Of a stretch of 64,000 nt of DNA, positions 47,580 through 55,747 are shown one piece after another. A model generated the notes under the pieces. The model was not told the DNA's origin. It was given only the letters and a program-made list of their open reading frames with translations, and did not search any database. The translations under genes and the position numbers were made by a program. Source of the stretch: a virus (Duplodnaviria > Caudoviricetes); the IMG/VR virus record IMGVR_UViG_3300020112_000420, positions 22,459 to 86,458 of that record. One strand, given 5' to 3'. Position 1 is the first letter of the stretch. Every line of letters starts with the position of its first letter.

Positions 47580-48849
47580 GTTATACCTTACGGCTATTGT
47601 CGAAAGGAACGCGCAAGTGAAGAGCAAGATTTCCGCCTTGATAATAGACCGAGAGTGTGCCAATCGGGATTATAGCAAGATTGTTTCAAATTACGGTGGG
47701 ATAGCAGAAGACACATTTGACTTGCGTGTCACATGCAATTGCGACCATATCCTTGAAGACATGGGAAACCATGTTGAAACAGATTGTATCGTCACAATCG
47801 GTGACATTAGAGAATTTGGAACATTGAATGGTTTGCCGTTTCTTATAAGAAAGAAATGGGTGCATTTAGACGACTACGACCCCGCGTTGATAGCCAACAG
47901 CATCATTGCCACGCTTTCCCTTAACATGCGCCGAAACGACTGCGACATTAAGTTGTTTTCGTTTTTCACATGCACGTTCAATACGGGCATAGAGAAGTTG
48001 ACGCGACTGTATGATTCCATTAAGGCGCAGACCTATACGGAATGGAACTGGTTTATTCTCGATGACAGCCCGAACGATGACACGATACGGTTGATAAATT
48101 CATTCAAAGACGCTCGTATAACCGTTGTGAAGAACGTCACCGTGCATGGGAACATTGGATTTAACAAACATAACATAGCCATGATGTGTACGGGGGATTA
48201 CCTTGTCGAAGTAGACCATGATGACGAATTGTTGCCCGATTGCCTTGAATATCTTGACATGGCGTTCAAAGCATACCCCGATGCTGGTTTCGCCTATTCC
48301 CGTGCGTTGGAGTTGAAGGGAGAAAAGAAGATACCGATTATCTACGGTGAAGGTTGGGGTTTTGGCGAGGGTTTGACGTGTAGTGAATTTGTAAACGGAG
48401 TGAAGTACACATTTTCCGAAACGCCTGGTGTCAACCCGTTTTCGATACGCACGATTTACGCACAGCCGAACCATGTCCGTTGTTGGAAACGAAAAGTGTA
48501 TCACGAAATTGGAGGACACGATGTTGGTCTTTCAGTTTTAGACGACATGGAACTTATCATCCGCACGTTTTTGGCGACAAGGATGATTCAGATACCTAAA
48601 GTGCTGTATCTGCAATACGAAGGTGATGGAGAGCGCGGCGTAGGAACGGACAATACGCAATCGGTTCGGTTCAAGGAAATACAGAGAAGCGTATGGATTA
48701 TAAAAGACCGATACGACAAGTTGATTCACGAAAGAATACTATCACTTGGATTCAAAGACACTCCTTGGGTTGAAACGTTGAATGCGTCGAATTTGAACTT
48801 AAAGCACGAAAAAGGTAAGGAAACAATGTCATACCTTTATAGGGTATAG
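47566..48849 (+). CDS. GT2-family glycosyltransferase with an N-terminal extra domain
   Basis: FTCTFNT...SIKAQTY.EWNWFILDDS...GDYLVEVDHDD. Confidence 0.85.
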   Translation: MIGFELYLTAIVERNAQVKSKISALIIDRECANRDYSKIVSNYGGIAEDTFDLRVTCNCDHILEDMGNHVETDCIVTIGDIREFGTLNGLPFLIRKKWVHLDDYDPALIANSIIATLSLNMRRNDCDIKLFSFFTCTFNTGIEKLTRLYDSIKAQTYTEWNWFILDDSPNDDTIRLINSFKDARITVVKNVTVHGNIGFNKHNIAMMCTGDYLVEVDHDDELLPDCLEYLDMAFKAYPDAGFAYSRALELKGEKKIPIIYGEGWGFGEGLTCSEFVNGVKYTFSETPGVNPFSIRTIYAQPNHVRCWKRKVYHEIGGHDVGLSVLDDMELIIRTFLATRMIQIPKVLYLQYEGDGERGVGTDNTQSVRFKEIQRSVWIIKDRYDKLIHERILSLGFKDTPWVETLNASNLNLKHEKGKETMSYLYRV

Positions 48850-49090
48850 ATACCCTGTCGATATGGTATCTATACCCTATGCAAAGGGTATGTATACCCT
48901 ATCCATACTCTTGTTAAATGGTAGCGAAAGGGTAGCCAAAGGGTAGCCAAAGGGTCAGAGACCCATATGTACTGTATATGTACTATACATATACAGTTAT
49001 GTACTATGTATAAATATAATATATTGGTTATAGATTATGGGATATGGTATTACAACCTCGTGCGCGTGTGCGCGTGCGTGCGCGAGGGGG
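48841..49090. repeat. Iteron-like AGGGTA/TACCCT repeats, AT-rich stretch and alternating purine-pyrimidine tract (origin-like)
   Basis: AGGGTA x4, TACCCT x3, tandem GGGTAGCCAAA x2 at 48910-48931, TATGTACT x3, then GTGCGCGTGTGCGCGTGCGTGCGCG. Confidence 0.6.
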
Positions 49091-49094
49091 TGAG

Positions 49095-49110
49095 TTGACC
49101 CCGTGGCTAT
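49095..49110 (+). promoter_or_regulatory. Putative late promoter (copy 7)
   Basis: TTGAC-CCCG-TGGCTAT before MuF. Confidence 0.7.
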
Positions 49111-49117
49111 TTGTGAA

Positions 49118-49789
49118 ATGAGAGATTGCGATAGTTGTTGCTGTGGCGAAGAATCGCGTATCATGCCCGTACCTTGCGAATGTTCCGAAGGGTATGGTCG
49201 GAGATTGACCGAGCGCGAACTTGTGGAAATCGGCGCGGCGGTGCGTACCGTGGCATATGATGCGGTCATGTCGGGATTCGGCGGCCCGCGCATTCTGTGG
49301 ACGAAGGTTGGTGAAACGGAAGGGCGCAAGATAGTGCGGGCAAACGTCGGGCTGATTCGGACGATACCCGTGGAAAGGCATCCCATGATTGTCCGAGCGA
49401 TTGTCAAGGCGTTGAAAGGCAAGTATGACCGCGACGAACTCATCGATGAAATCGAACGCATTGGTCAAGGAGCGGTCGATGACACGGGTGCGACGCTGAT
49501 AGCCAACGACCAGATTGCCAAGGCGACGCAGATGATGCAGTTGAACGTCTGGAGGGCGCAAGGGTGGAAGACGGTGCAATGGAGGCATTCGCACAAGGTG
49601 CAAGAGCCGCGAAAACTGCATGTCACCAAGTGGAACGGCAAGAAGCCCGACAAGGATGGGCGTGTGAATGGTCTCGATGGCTATGTGTTCCCGATAGACA
49701 AGCCGCCCGTGATTGACGAGAAGACGGGGGAGCGCGGCTATCCAGGGCAATTGATTAACTGCACATGTTTCTTAATCCCGATTTCGTGA
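49118..49789 (+). CDS. Head morphogenesis protein (MuF/SPP1 gp7 family), short form
   Basis: IANDQIAK, VQWRHS...PRKLH, LDG..F, PGQLINCTC. Confidence 0.85.
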   Translation: MRDCDSCCCGEESRIMPVPCECSEGYGRRLTERELVEIGAAVRTVAYDAVMSGFGGPRILWTKVGETEGRKIVRANVGLIRTIPVERHPMIVRAIVKALKGKYDRDELIDEIERIGQGAVDDTGATLIANDQIAKATQMMQLNVWRAQGWKTVQWRHSHKVQEPRKLHVTKWNGKKPDKDGRVNGLDGYVFPIDKPPVIDEKTGERGYPGQLINCTCFLIPIS

Positions 49790-49806
49790 AAGGAAAACAA
49801 AGCACC

Positions 49807-49971
49807 ATGAAGACGGTTTTTGGTATACTTGTTCTCGGTTTGGCGTTCGCCGTATTCGACGGTTGCGCGTCAGATAGGCGATATGTCAGCGATGACGGGA
49901 CGACGGTTCGCGCCAATGCCACGTCGAAGGACGGCACGGCGTTCCCTAAAAACGACATGTGGTGGAAGTGA
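49807..49971 (+). CDS. Small lipoprotein
   Basis: Signal peptide ending FDGC. Confidence 0.6.
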   Translation: MKTVFGILVLGLAFAVFDGCASDRRYVSDDGTTVRANATSKDGTAFPKNDMWWK

Positions 49972-49985
49972 AAGGGCAAAATGCA

Positions 49986-50693
49986 ATGAAAGAGAAAAAC
50001 AAGTATGCGGCAATGTTCAACCCGAACGGTTTGAAACTGCCGAAGTTGCTGTCGAAGAAGCGCATGTTCAAAGCGGGGAACAGAATGGTTCTCCCGTTGA
50101 ACTTCATCATCACGGGCGGTCTGACGAAGGTTGAAGACCAGGGCAACAAGCCGTATTGCGCGGCGTATGCGGCTTCGACGTTTGGCGAAAGCGTCCTTTG
50201 GAAGCGCGACGGCTATCCACGGGAAATCGACCCCGTGCCGATTTACAAACACGCCAAGACGATTGACGGCGACCCGAACGGCGACGGTACGCTATTGGAG
50301 TGCGCGTTGGACGGTCTGTTGCAGTTGGGGTACTTCGACCGGAACGTGTGCAAGGTCAAGACGATTGGCGGCGCGTGGTACGGCTACGACCAGAAGGAAG
50401 CGATTTTCTTGGCGAAGATGGCGGTGTTCCGCTACGGGGCGTGCGTCGTCGGATTCAATATCGACAGTTCGTGGTACACCCCGAAGAACGGCGTGGTGGT
50501 CGGTGGCGGCGTGTCGCAGGGCGGTCATGCCGTCACGCTGTCGGGTTTCGATGAGGGTGGGCTTGTCATTCGCAACAGTTGGGGAAGCGATTACGGTCAC
50601 AATGGCGACATCTACATTCCGAACTCGGTGGCCGAGAAGCAGTTTATCTACGGGGCGACGCTGACGAACGCGCTAAACGGTTTGGAGGCGTAA
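49986..50693 (+). CDS. Papain-like (C1) cysteine peptidase
   Basis: DQG..PYCAAYA, GGHAV, IRNSWG..YG..G. Confidence 0.85.
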   Translation: MKEKNKYAAMFNPNGLKLPKLLSKKRMFKAGNRMVLPLNFIITGGLTKVEDQGNKPYCAAYAASTFGESVLWKRDGYPREIDPVPIYKHAKTIDGDPNGDGTLLECALDGLLQLGYFDRNVCKVKTIGGAWYGYDQKEAIFLAKMAVFRYGACVVGFNIDSSWYTPKNGVVVGGGVSQGGHAVTLSGFDEGGLVIRNSWGSDYGHNGDIYIPNSVAEKQFIYGATLTNALNGLEA

Positions 50694-51163
50694 TGAAATA
50701 CCGTTGGCGAGATGCGCATGGCTTTGGCGGTAAAATGTATTGGCTGTGGCTATGGGTCAACGGACTTACCAGACTTGCGGTTGTTTTTGCGTGTTGTGGA
50801 ATGTTGAGCGGTTGCCTTTGGATTTGCCGCGTACCGTTTCCAATGGAAGCGCGGTATTCGGACGACGGGGTATGCACTAACCGCACATGGGTTTCGATGA
50901 TAACGGACGAGCGCAATAGGCACATGAACGACCCGACTAACGCTTGGTGGTGCGCGGGGTATTATCCGACAATCAAAATGCGTTGCGTTGTCACAATGGA
51001 AATGTGCAAGCCGATAGACGCGGAATTGAAGGGCGAGGACTTGTATCATGCGAAATGGCGAAAGCGGTTCGGTTGGTTTCCGTTGACGGTGTTGTGGCTC
51101 ACGTCGCCCATTGACGCGGTGGTTGACACGCTTATGATACCGTATGACATGACTGTGCTTTGA
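50693..51163 (+). CDS. YceK/YidQ-like lipoprotein
   Basis: Lipobox LSGC; C-terminal PIDAVVDTLMIPYD. Confidence 0.6.
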   Translation: MKYRWRDAHGFGGKMYWLWLWVNGLTRLAVVFACCGMLSGCLWICRVPFPMEARYSDDGVCTNRTWVSMITDERNRHMNDPTNAWWCAGYYPTIKMRCVVTMEMCKPIDAELKGEDLYHAKWRKRFGWFPLTVLWLTSPIDAVVDTLMIPYDMTVL

Positions 51164-51184
51164 ATCGAATGACGGAGATAAATC

Positions 51185-51739
51185 ATGGCTTGCGAATGTA
51201 TGCGAGATGAAATCGGGAACAAAGGTTTGCGAGACCTTATCGCCCATGTATATGTTGCATTGAACAAAAATTCCATAAACATGGTTGAAGTAGGTTCGTA
51301 TTCGGGTGAAAGCACAAAAGTGTTCCTTGATACGGAGAAAGTTGGAAGAATCTACTGCATTGACCCGTGGGAAAACATAACGGGGAACGGGTTTGGAAAC
51401 GATTATCTGGGAATGGAAGCGGTGGAAGCCGCGTTTGATGAACGTGTCGGTCGTGATAGCCGCGTAGTGAAGCGCAAAGGTGAATTGTCGCAGTATCTTG
51501 GATTTTGTTGGGAAGCGTTGGATTTCGTCTACATAGACGCAATCCATACATACGAAGCCTGCAAGCAAGACATACTCAATACGATAAAGTGTCTGAAGCC
51601 AAAGGTAATCGGGGGACATGACTACAACGACCAATTACAGCATACGGCTGGCGTAAAAAAAGCCGTTGACGAGATTTTCGGGAGTCCGGACAAGGTGTTC
51701 TGCGATACGTCGTGGGTTAAACGTCTATCGTGGTTTTGA
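51185..51739 (+). CDS. Class I SAM methyltransferase (Methyltransf_24-like, probably not acting on DNA)
   Basis: VEVGSYSGEST, IDPW, DFVYIDAIHTYE, GGHDY. Confidence 0.8.
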   Translation: MACECMRDEIGNKGLRDLIAHVYVALNKNSINMVEVGSYSGESTKVFLDTEKVGRIYCIDPWENITGNGFGNDYLGMEAVEAAFDERVGRDSRVVKRKGELSQYLGFCWEALDFVYIDAIHTYEACKQDILNTIKCLKPKVIGGHDYNDQLQHTAGVKKAVDEIFGSPDKVFCDTSWVKRLSWF

Positions 51740-51751
51740 CAGTTTGGCTAT
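51736..51751 (+). promoter_or_regulatory. Putative late promoter (copy 8)
   Basis: TTGAC-AGTT-TGGCTAT. Confidence 0.7.
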
Positions 51752-51775
51752 GTTTGACGAAGGAGAATTTTGAAA

Positions 51776-52339
51776 ATGAGCGAGAACGGCATTAAGGAAC
51801 AGTATCTCAATGGAGAAATCGCGGCGGACGAGGCGGAGAAGGTGGACGTTTTCGACGCATGGGCGACGACGCATCCGCAGTACAAGGTCGGCAAGTCGCT
51901 ACAAGACAAGTTGAACTCCATCCTTGCCGACGAGTTTCTGGCGTATGTCACCTACAAAATGTGCGAAGTGGCGATGGTCGGTCGGAAACAGCACCTTCTC
52001 GACGAGATTTCAAGCGACAACGGCAAGGACGAGTTGGATGACCATTTCAAGAACCTCGTCGTGTGGATGCAGTCGAAGGGTCTTCGGGTTGTGACGGACA
52101 TCGAGGAAATGCGGAAAATCACCAATTGCACGAAGTTCGTCATTCGGGACGGCATGAAAACGTCGGAAGTCGTTGACATTCTCATTAAGTCGGAAAAGGA
52201 AGCGATTGGCGTTTACGAGAGCATCCTCAAGGACAAGGAAGTGCAGTCGGACTTGACCGTGCTTCTGTCGGGTTTTCTGACGGACGAGCGCGAACATTTG
52301 AAGAAACTTGAAGACGCGAAAGCGGAAATGAAGGACTGA
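51776..52339 (+). CDS. Ferritin-like di-iron four-helix-bundle protein with leader
   Basis: ADEFLAYVTY, DELDDHF, EKEAIGVY, DEREH. Confidence 0.75.
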   Translation: MSENGIKEQYLNGEIAADEAEKVDVFDAWATTHPQYKVGKSLQDKLNSILADEFLAYVTYKMCEVAMVGRKQHLLDEISSDNGKDELDDHFKNLVVWMQSKGLRVVTDIEEMRKITNCTKFVIRDGMKTSEVVDILIKSEKEAIGVYESILKDKEVQSDLTVLLSGFLTDEREHLKKLEDAKAEMKD

Positions 52340-52361
52340 AAAAGCGAAAGGAGAGCATAAA

Positions 52362-53453
52362 ATGAATGACATCAAAGAGAAGTATTTGAATGGCGAGATG
52401 ACGTTTGACCATTCCGAGACACAGGACGTTTTCGACGCATGGGAAGAGCAGAAGCATCCCCGTGGCAAAGGCGGTCAGTTCTCCAAGAAGGGTGAGAGTG
52501 CAAGTGGAGGTTCTGATGGTTTTAAGGTTGGCGATAAGGTTGCTGATAAAAATGACCCTTCGCAGATGTATGAAATTCTTGAAGACCGTGGGATTATGGG
52601 TGGTGTCACTGGTAATAAGCATTACTACCTCGTCAAAAACCTCAAGAACGACAACAATCAGATGATTCCTAAAGACGCTTTTGCGCCAAAGAAGCGCGTT
52701 ATCGCGGGCAAGGAAGTGTTTTCCGCCACGGGAAAGACGGCGAACGCCGAGCAGATAGCCCATGCGAAGAAGGATTTGGAAGGCATTGACAAGGAACTCT
52801 CCAAGCGTGAAGGTTCGGGTGCTATTGTCAAGTTCCGCATCAAAAAGTTGGATGGTCTCGGCAAGTGGTCGGTAGAGCCGAATCTTTCCAAGTTCGGAGA
52901 GAATCAGAAAGAGAACCTTGCTCGGATTGAGAAGGAGCGCAAACTTTTCGACACAGAAGCGGAAGCGAAGGCGTATTTGGCGAAGGTTGAGAGTGGTACG
53001 AGCGGTGAATTGAAGCGGTCTGACATTTCTGTGAGTTCGCTGAAGGACGGTGTTGCTACGGCGTTCGCGCCCGAAGGCGTGAATGTTGACCAGGACGTTC
53101 GCAAGAAGATGATTGCGGCGGTCATGGAGAAGCATCCTGGCAAGAAATTCACCTTCTCCAAGGCGAAGAATGGCGGCATCGAGGGAGTGAAGGCGGTCGA
53201 GATTAAGGGCGAAGGTGATGACAAAATAGACAATGGGTATTTGGAAAAGATTAAGAAATTCCCTTCGTTCAAGAATTTACCAAATGACGTTATTTTGAAT
53301 GCGATAAGGAAGGCGAAGAAGAACAATCCTTCGGAGTTTAGTGGTATTCATCTTATCGAGAATGGAAGGAATTGGAGCAATACGCTGTTTCTTGTTGCGA
53401 AAAACATTGGTGATAAAAAAACAGCAAAAAGCGTGATTGATGATTTGTTGTGA
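52362..53453 (+). CDS. Multidomain putative virion cargo protein (leader, HPR..GQF motif, SH3-like module)
   Basis: VFDAWEEQKHPRGKGGQF; FKVGDKV...YYLVK. Confidence 0.7.
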   Translation: MNDIKEKYLNGEMTFDHSETQDVFDAWEEQKHPRGKGGQFSKKGESASGGSDGFKVGDKVADKNDPSQMYEILEDRGIMGGVTGNKHYYLVKNLKNDNNQMIPKDAFAPKKRVIAGKEVFSATGKTANAEQIAHAKKDLEGIDKELSKREGSGAIVKFRIKKLDGLGKWSVEPNLSKFGENQKENLARIEKERKLFDTEAEAKAYLAKVESGTSGELKRSDISVSSLKDGVATAFAPEGVNVDQDVRKKMIAAVMEKHPGKKFTFSKAKNGGIEGVKAVEIKGEGDDKIDNGYLEKIKKFPSFKNLPNDVILNAIRKAKKNNPSEFSGIHLIENGRNWSNTLFLVAKNIGDKKTAKSVIDDLL

Positions 53454-53454
53454 G

Positions 53455-53470
53455 TTTACCAATTGGCTAT
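53455..53470 (+). promoter_or_regulatory. Putative late promoter (copy 9)
   Basis: TTTAC-CAAT-TGGCTAT before the head protease gene. Confidence 0.7.
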
Positions 53471-53496
53471 AATTGCAAAGTACGGAGTAGAAAAAG

Positions 53497-54780
53497 ATGA
53501 AAGTTGACGACGAGAGCGGCTTTGTAGTGCTGAAGGCGAACCCCATTAGCATGGTGGGCGTGTTTCAGTACAGCGGCAAGGCGATTGACCCGAAGGGCAA
53601 GATGGGGCTTGACCCCAAGAAGTTCTACGGCGTTTACCGTTCGTCTTGGGAACTGTTCGACCCGAAGGCGATTGAGTCGTTCAACGGCGTTCCGTTCCAG
53701 GTCGGTCACGAGACGGTGGGCGCGGGCGGCAAGAGGGTCGATGACCACCCCGCCGACGGTTGCATTTTCAACGTGCGCCGCTCGATGGACTTGCCGAACA
53801 TCCTTATCGCGGACTTCAAGATTTACACCGAGTCGATTCTTGAGAAAATCAAGAAGGAGATGAACAATCTCTCGCTTGGCTACCGTTGCTCCTACCTTCC
53901 GCAGAAGGGCAGTTGGAACGGTCAGGATTACGACTTCATCCAAGTTCGCATACGGGGCAACCATGTTGCACTCGTAAAGAACGGACGCTGTGGGTCGGGC
54001 GTTCGTGTCTATGACAGCGTTGAGACGGGTGACGGCGCAGAAGCCGAAGGAAGTCAAGACGCGATTACGTTCGACTCTTTGGAGGAAATACAAAAAATGA
54101 GCGCAGAGACGAATAAGACAGAGAAGTCGGAAACGACCATGGCCCTCGATTCTCTTGCTGAAGCCCTTTCGGGGGCTGATGACAAGTTGGCTAATGCCCT
54201 GGTTGGCTTCGTGAAGGAGTATCGCGCCAAGGCCGCGAAGGGCGTTGAGACTTCCGACAACAAGGAAGAGCCGAAGACCGAAGTTGTCCCGACCGAGGAC
54301 GGCAAGGGCGGCGATGGCAAGGGCGGCGAAGGTCAGCCGCCCAAGAAGGAAGAAGAGCCGAAGACGCATGTTTGCGCCGATTGCGGTGCGACCGTGAAGG
54401 ACGGCGAGGAATGCCAGTGCAAGAAGGGCAAGGGCAAGGAGAAGGAAGGCAAGGAAGGTACGCCGACGGGCGATACCGTCGAGCAGATTGCGGCGAAACT
54501 CGCGGCGGGTCACGAACTTGCCGAGAAGATTTCCGCCAAGATTGGCACGTTCGACCATGCCGAAATGGACGAGGCGGACGTTGCGCACTACGCTTGCGAG
54601 AAGATGGGCGTGACGTTTGACAGCGCGGAAGCGGAACTTGGCTATGTCAAGGGTGTTTGCGCGATGCTTTCGTCGAAGAAGGAGGAAACCGTCACGGTGG
54701 CGGCGGGCGATTCGGCTGAAGTGGTGCGCAAGGAAGCGTCCCGCACGGCGGCTTGCCATGCCGATTATCTCGGCGCGTAA
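53497..54780 (+). CDS. Prohead protease/scaffold (DUF2213 type)
   Basis: NPISMVGVFQYSG, SLGYRC, RGNHVALV..GRCG; acidic scaffold-like C-terminal half. Confidence 0.85.
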   Translation: MKVDDESGFVVLKANPISMVGVFQYSGKAIDPKGKMGLDPKKFYGVYRSSWELFDPKAIESFNGVPFQVGHETVGAGGKRVDDHPADGCIFNVRRSMDLPNILIADFKIYTESILEKIKKEMNNLSLGYRCSYLPQKGSWNGQDYDFIQVRIRGNHVALVKNGRCGSGVRVYDSVETGDGAEAEGSQDAITFDSLEEIQKMSAETNKTEKSETTMALDSLAEALSGADDKLANALVGFVKEYRAKAAKGVETSDNKEEPKTEVVPTEDGKGGDGKGGEGQPPKKEEEPKTHVCADCGATVKDGEECQCKKGKGKEKEGKEGTPTGDTVEQIAAKLAAGHELAEKISAKIGTFDHAEMDEADVAHYACEKMGVTFDSAEAELGYVKGVCAMLSSKKEETVTVAAGDSAEVVRKEASRTAACHADYLGA

Positions 54781-54843
54781 GCCAAAAACAAGGTGATTTC
54801 GTTCAGAACGAATTAAGGACAAACTCAAAAAGGAGAAAATAAA

Positions 54844-55698
54844 ATGGGTGTTCAGACTGTTATTGAGCGCAAACTGCGCAAGGGCGTAATCGGTGCGATT
54901 GCCGATTCCTCCATGAAGCGTGGTCGTCCGTTCCGCGTCAACGCTGGTACTTCGTCCGTTGCGGCTTCTCTCGCCGTCACGGTGGCTACCAATGTTGTCG
55001 CGAACGACACGATTACGATTGCGGGTCAGACGTATAAGTTCGTGGCGAGTGTTTCGGAGGTGAACGATGTCAAAGTTGGCACGACGGCGGCGGATTCCGC
55101 TTCCTATCTCGCGGCGGCCATCACGGGCGGCGCGGGTGCGGGTACGAACTATGGCACGGGCACGGTTGTCAACGCGAAGGTCACGGCTTCGGTCGCTTCG
55201 GCGGTTATCACGCTGACGGCGAAGGAGGCGGGCTACACGGGCAACCTTCTCGGCTACACCACCTCGGATTCGGCGGCTACGAAGTTCACCTCGACGGGCA
55301 AGTACCTGACGGGCGGCAAGGACGAGCAGTTCCCCGCTTGCGTCGGTCGTGCCTACACCTTCTCGGCTACGGAAGGCGTGGTTGACATGGGCGGCACGGG
55401 CGCATTCGCGGGCATTATGGTTGGCCCGAGCGAGTACGCCAACCGCAACAACCTCAAGGATAGCCTGTGCGTTCCGAACAACACGGTCGCTGACCTTCTG
55501 ACGTTCGGTCGCATTTGGGTTCGCGTCACGGGTGCTGTCACGGCGGGTCAGGTCGCTTGCTTCAAGCAGAGCGATGGTTCGTTCGTCGGCGTTGGGACTT
55601 TGGATTCCGCGCCGTCGGGCTACACGAAACTCGACAAGTCGGTGTTCATCACGGCGGCTGACGCGGGTGACATCGCCACGGTCGAACTGTCCTACTAA
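54844..55698 (+). CDS. Capsid decoration/cement-like protein with an inserted Ala/Thr-rich domain
   Basis: Position between protease and MCP; G.IWV motif in the C-terminal part. Confidence 0.6.
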   Translation: MGVQTVIERKLRKGVIGAIADSSMKRGRPFRVNAGTSSVAASLAVTVATNVVANDTITIAGQTYKFVASVSEVNDVKVGTTAADSASYLAAAITGGAGAGTNYGTGTVVNAKVTASVASAVITLTAKEAGYTGNLLGYTTSDSAATKFTSTGKYLTGGKDEQFPACVGRAYTFSATEGVVDMGGTGAFAGIMVGPSEYANRNNLKDSLCVPNNTVADLLTFGRIWVRVTGAVTAGQVACFKQSDGSFVGVGTLDSAPSGYTKLDKSVFITAADAGDIATVELSY

Positions 55699-55747
55699 TC
55701 CACGGCGGTAAGTCAAGGACAACAAAGGAAAAGGAGAAAAAGAGAAA

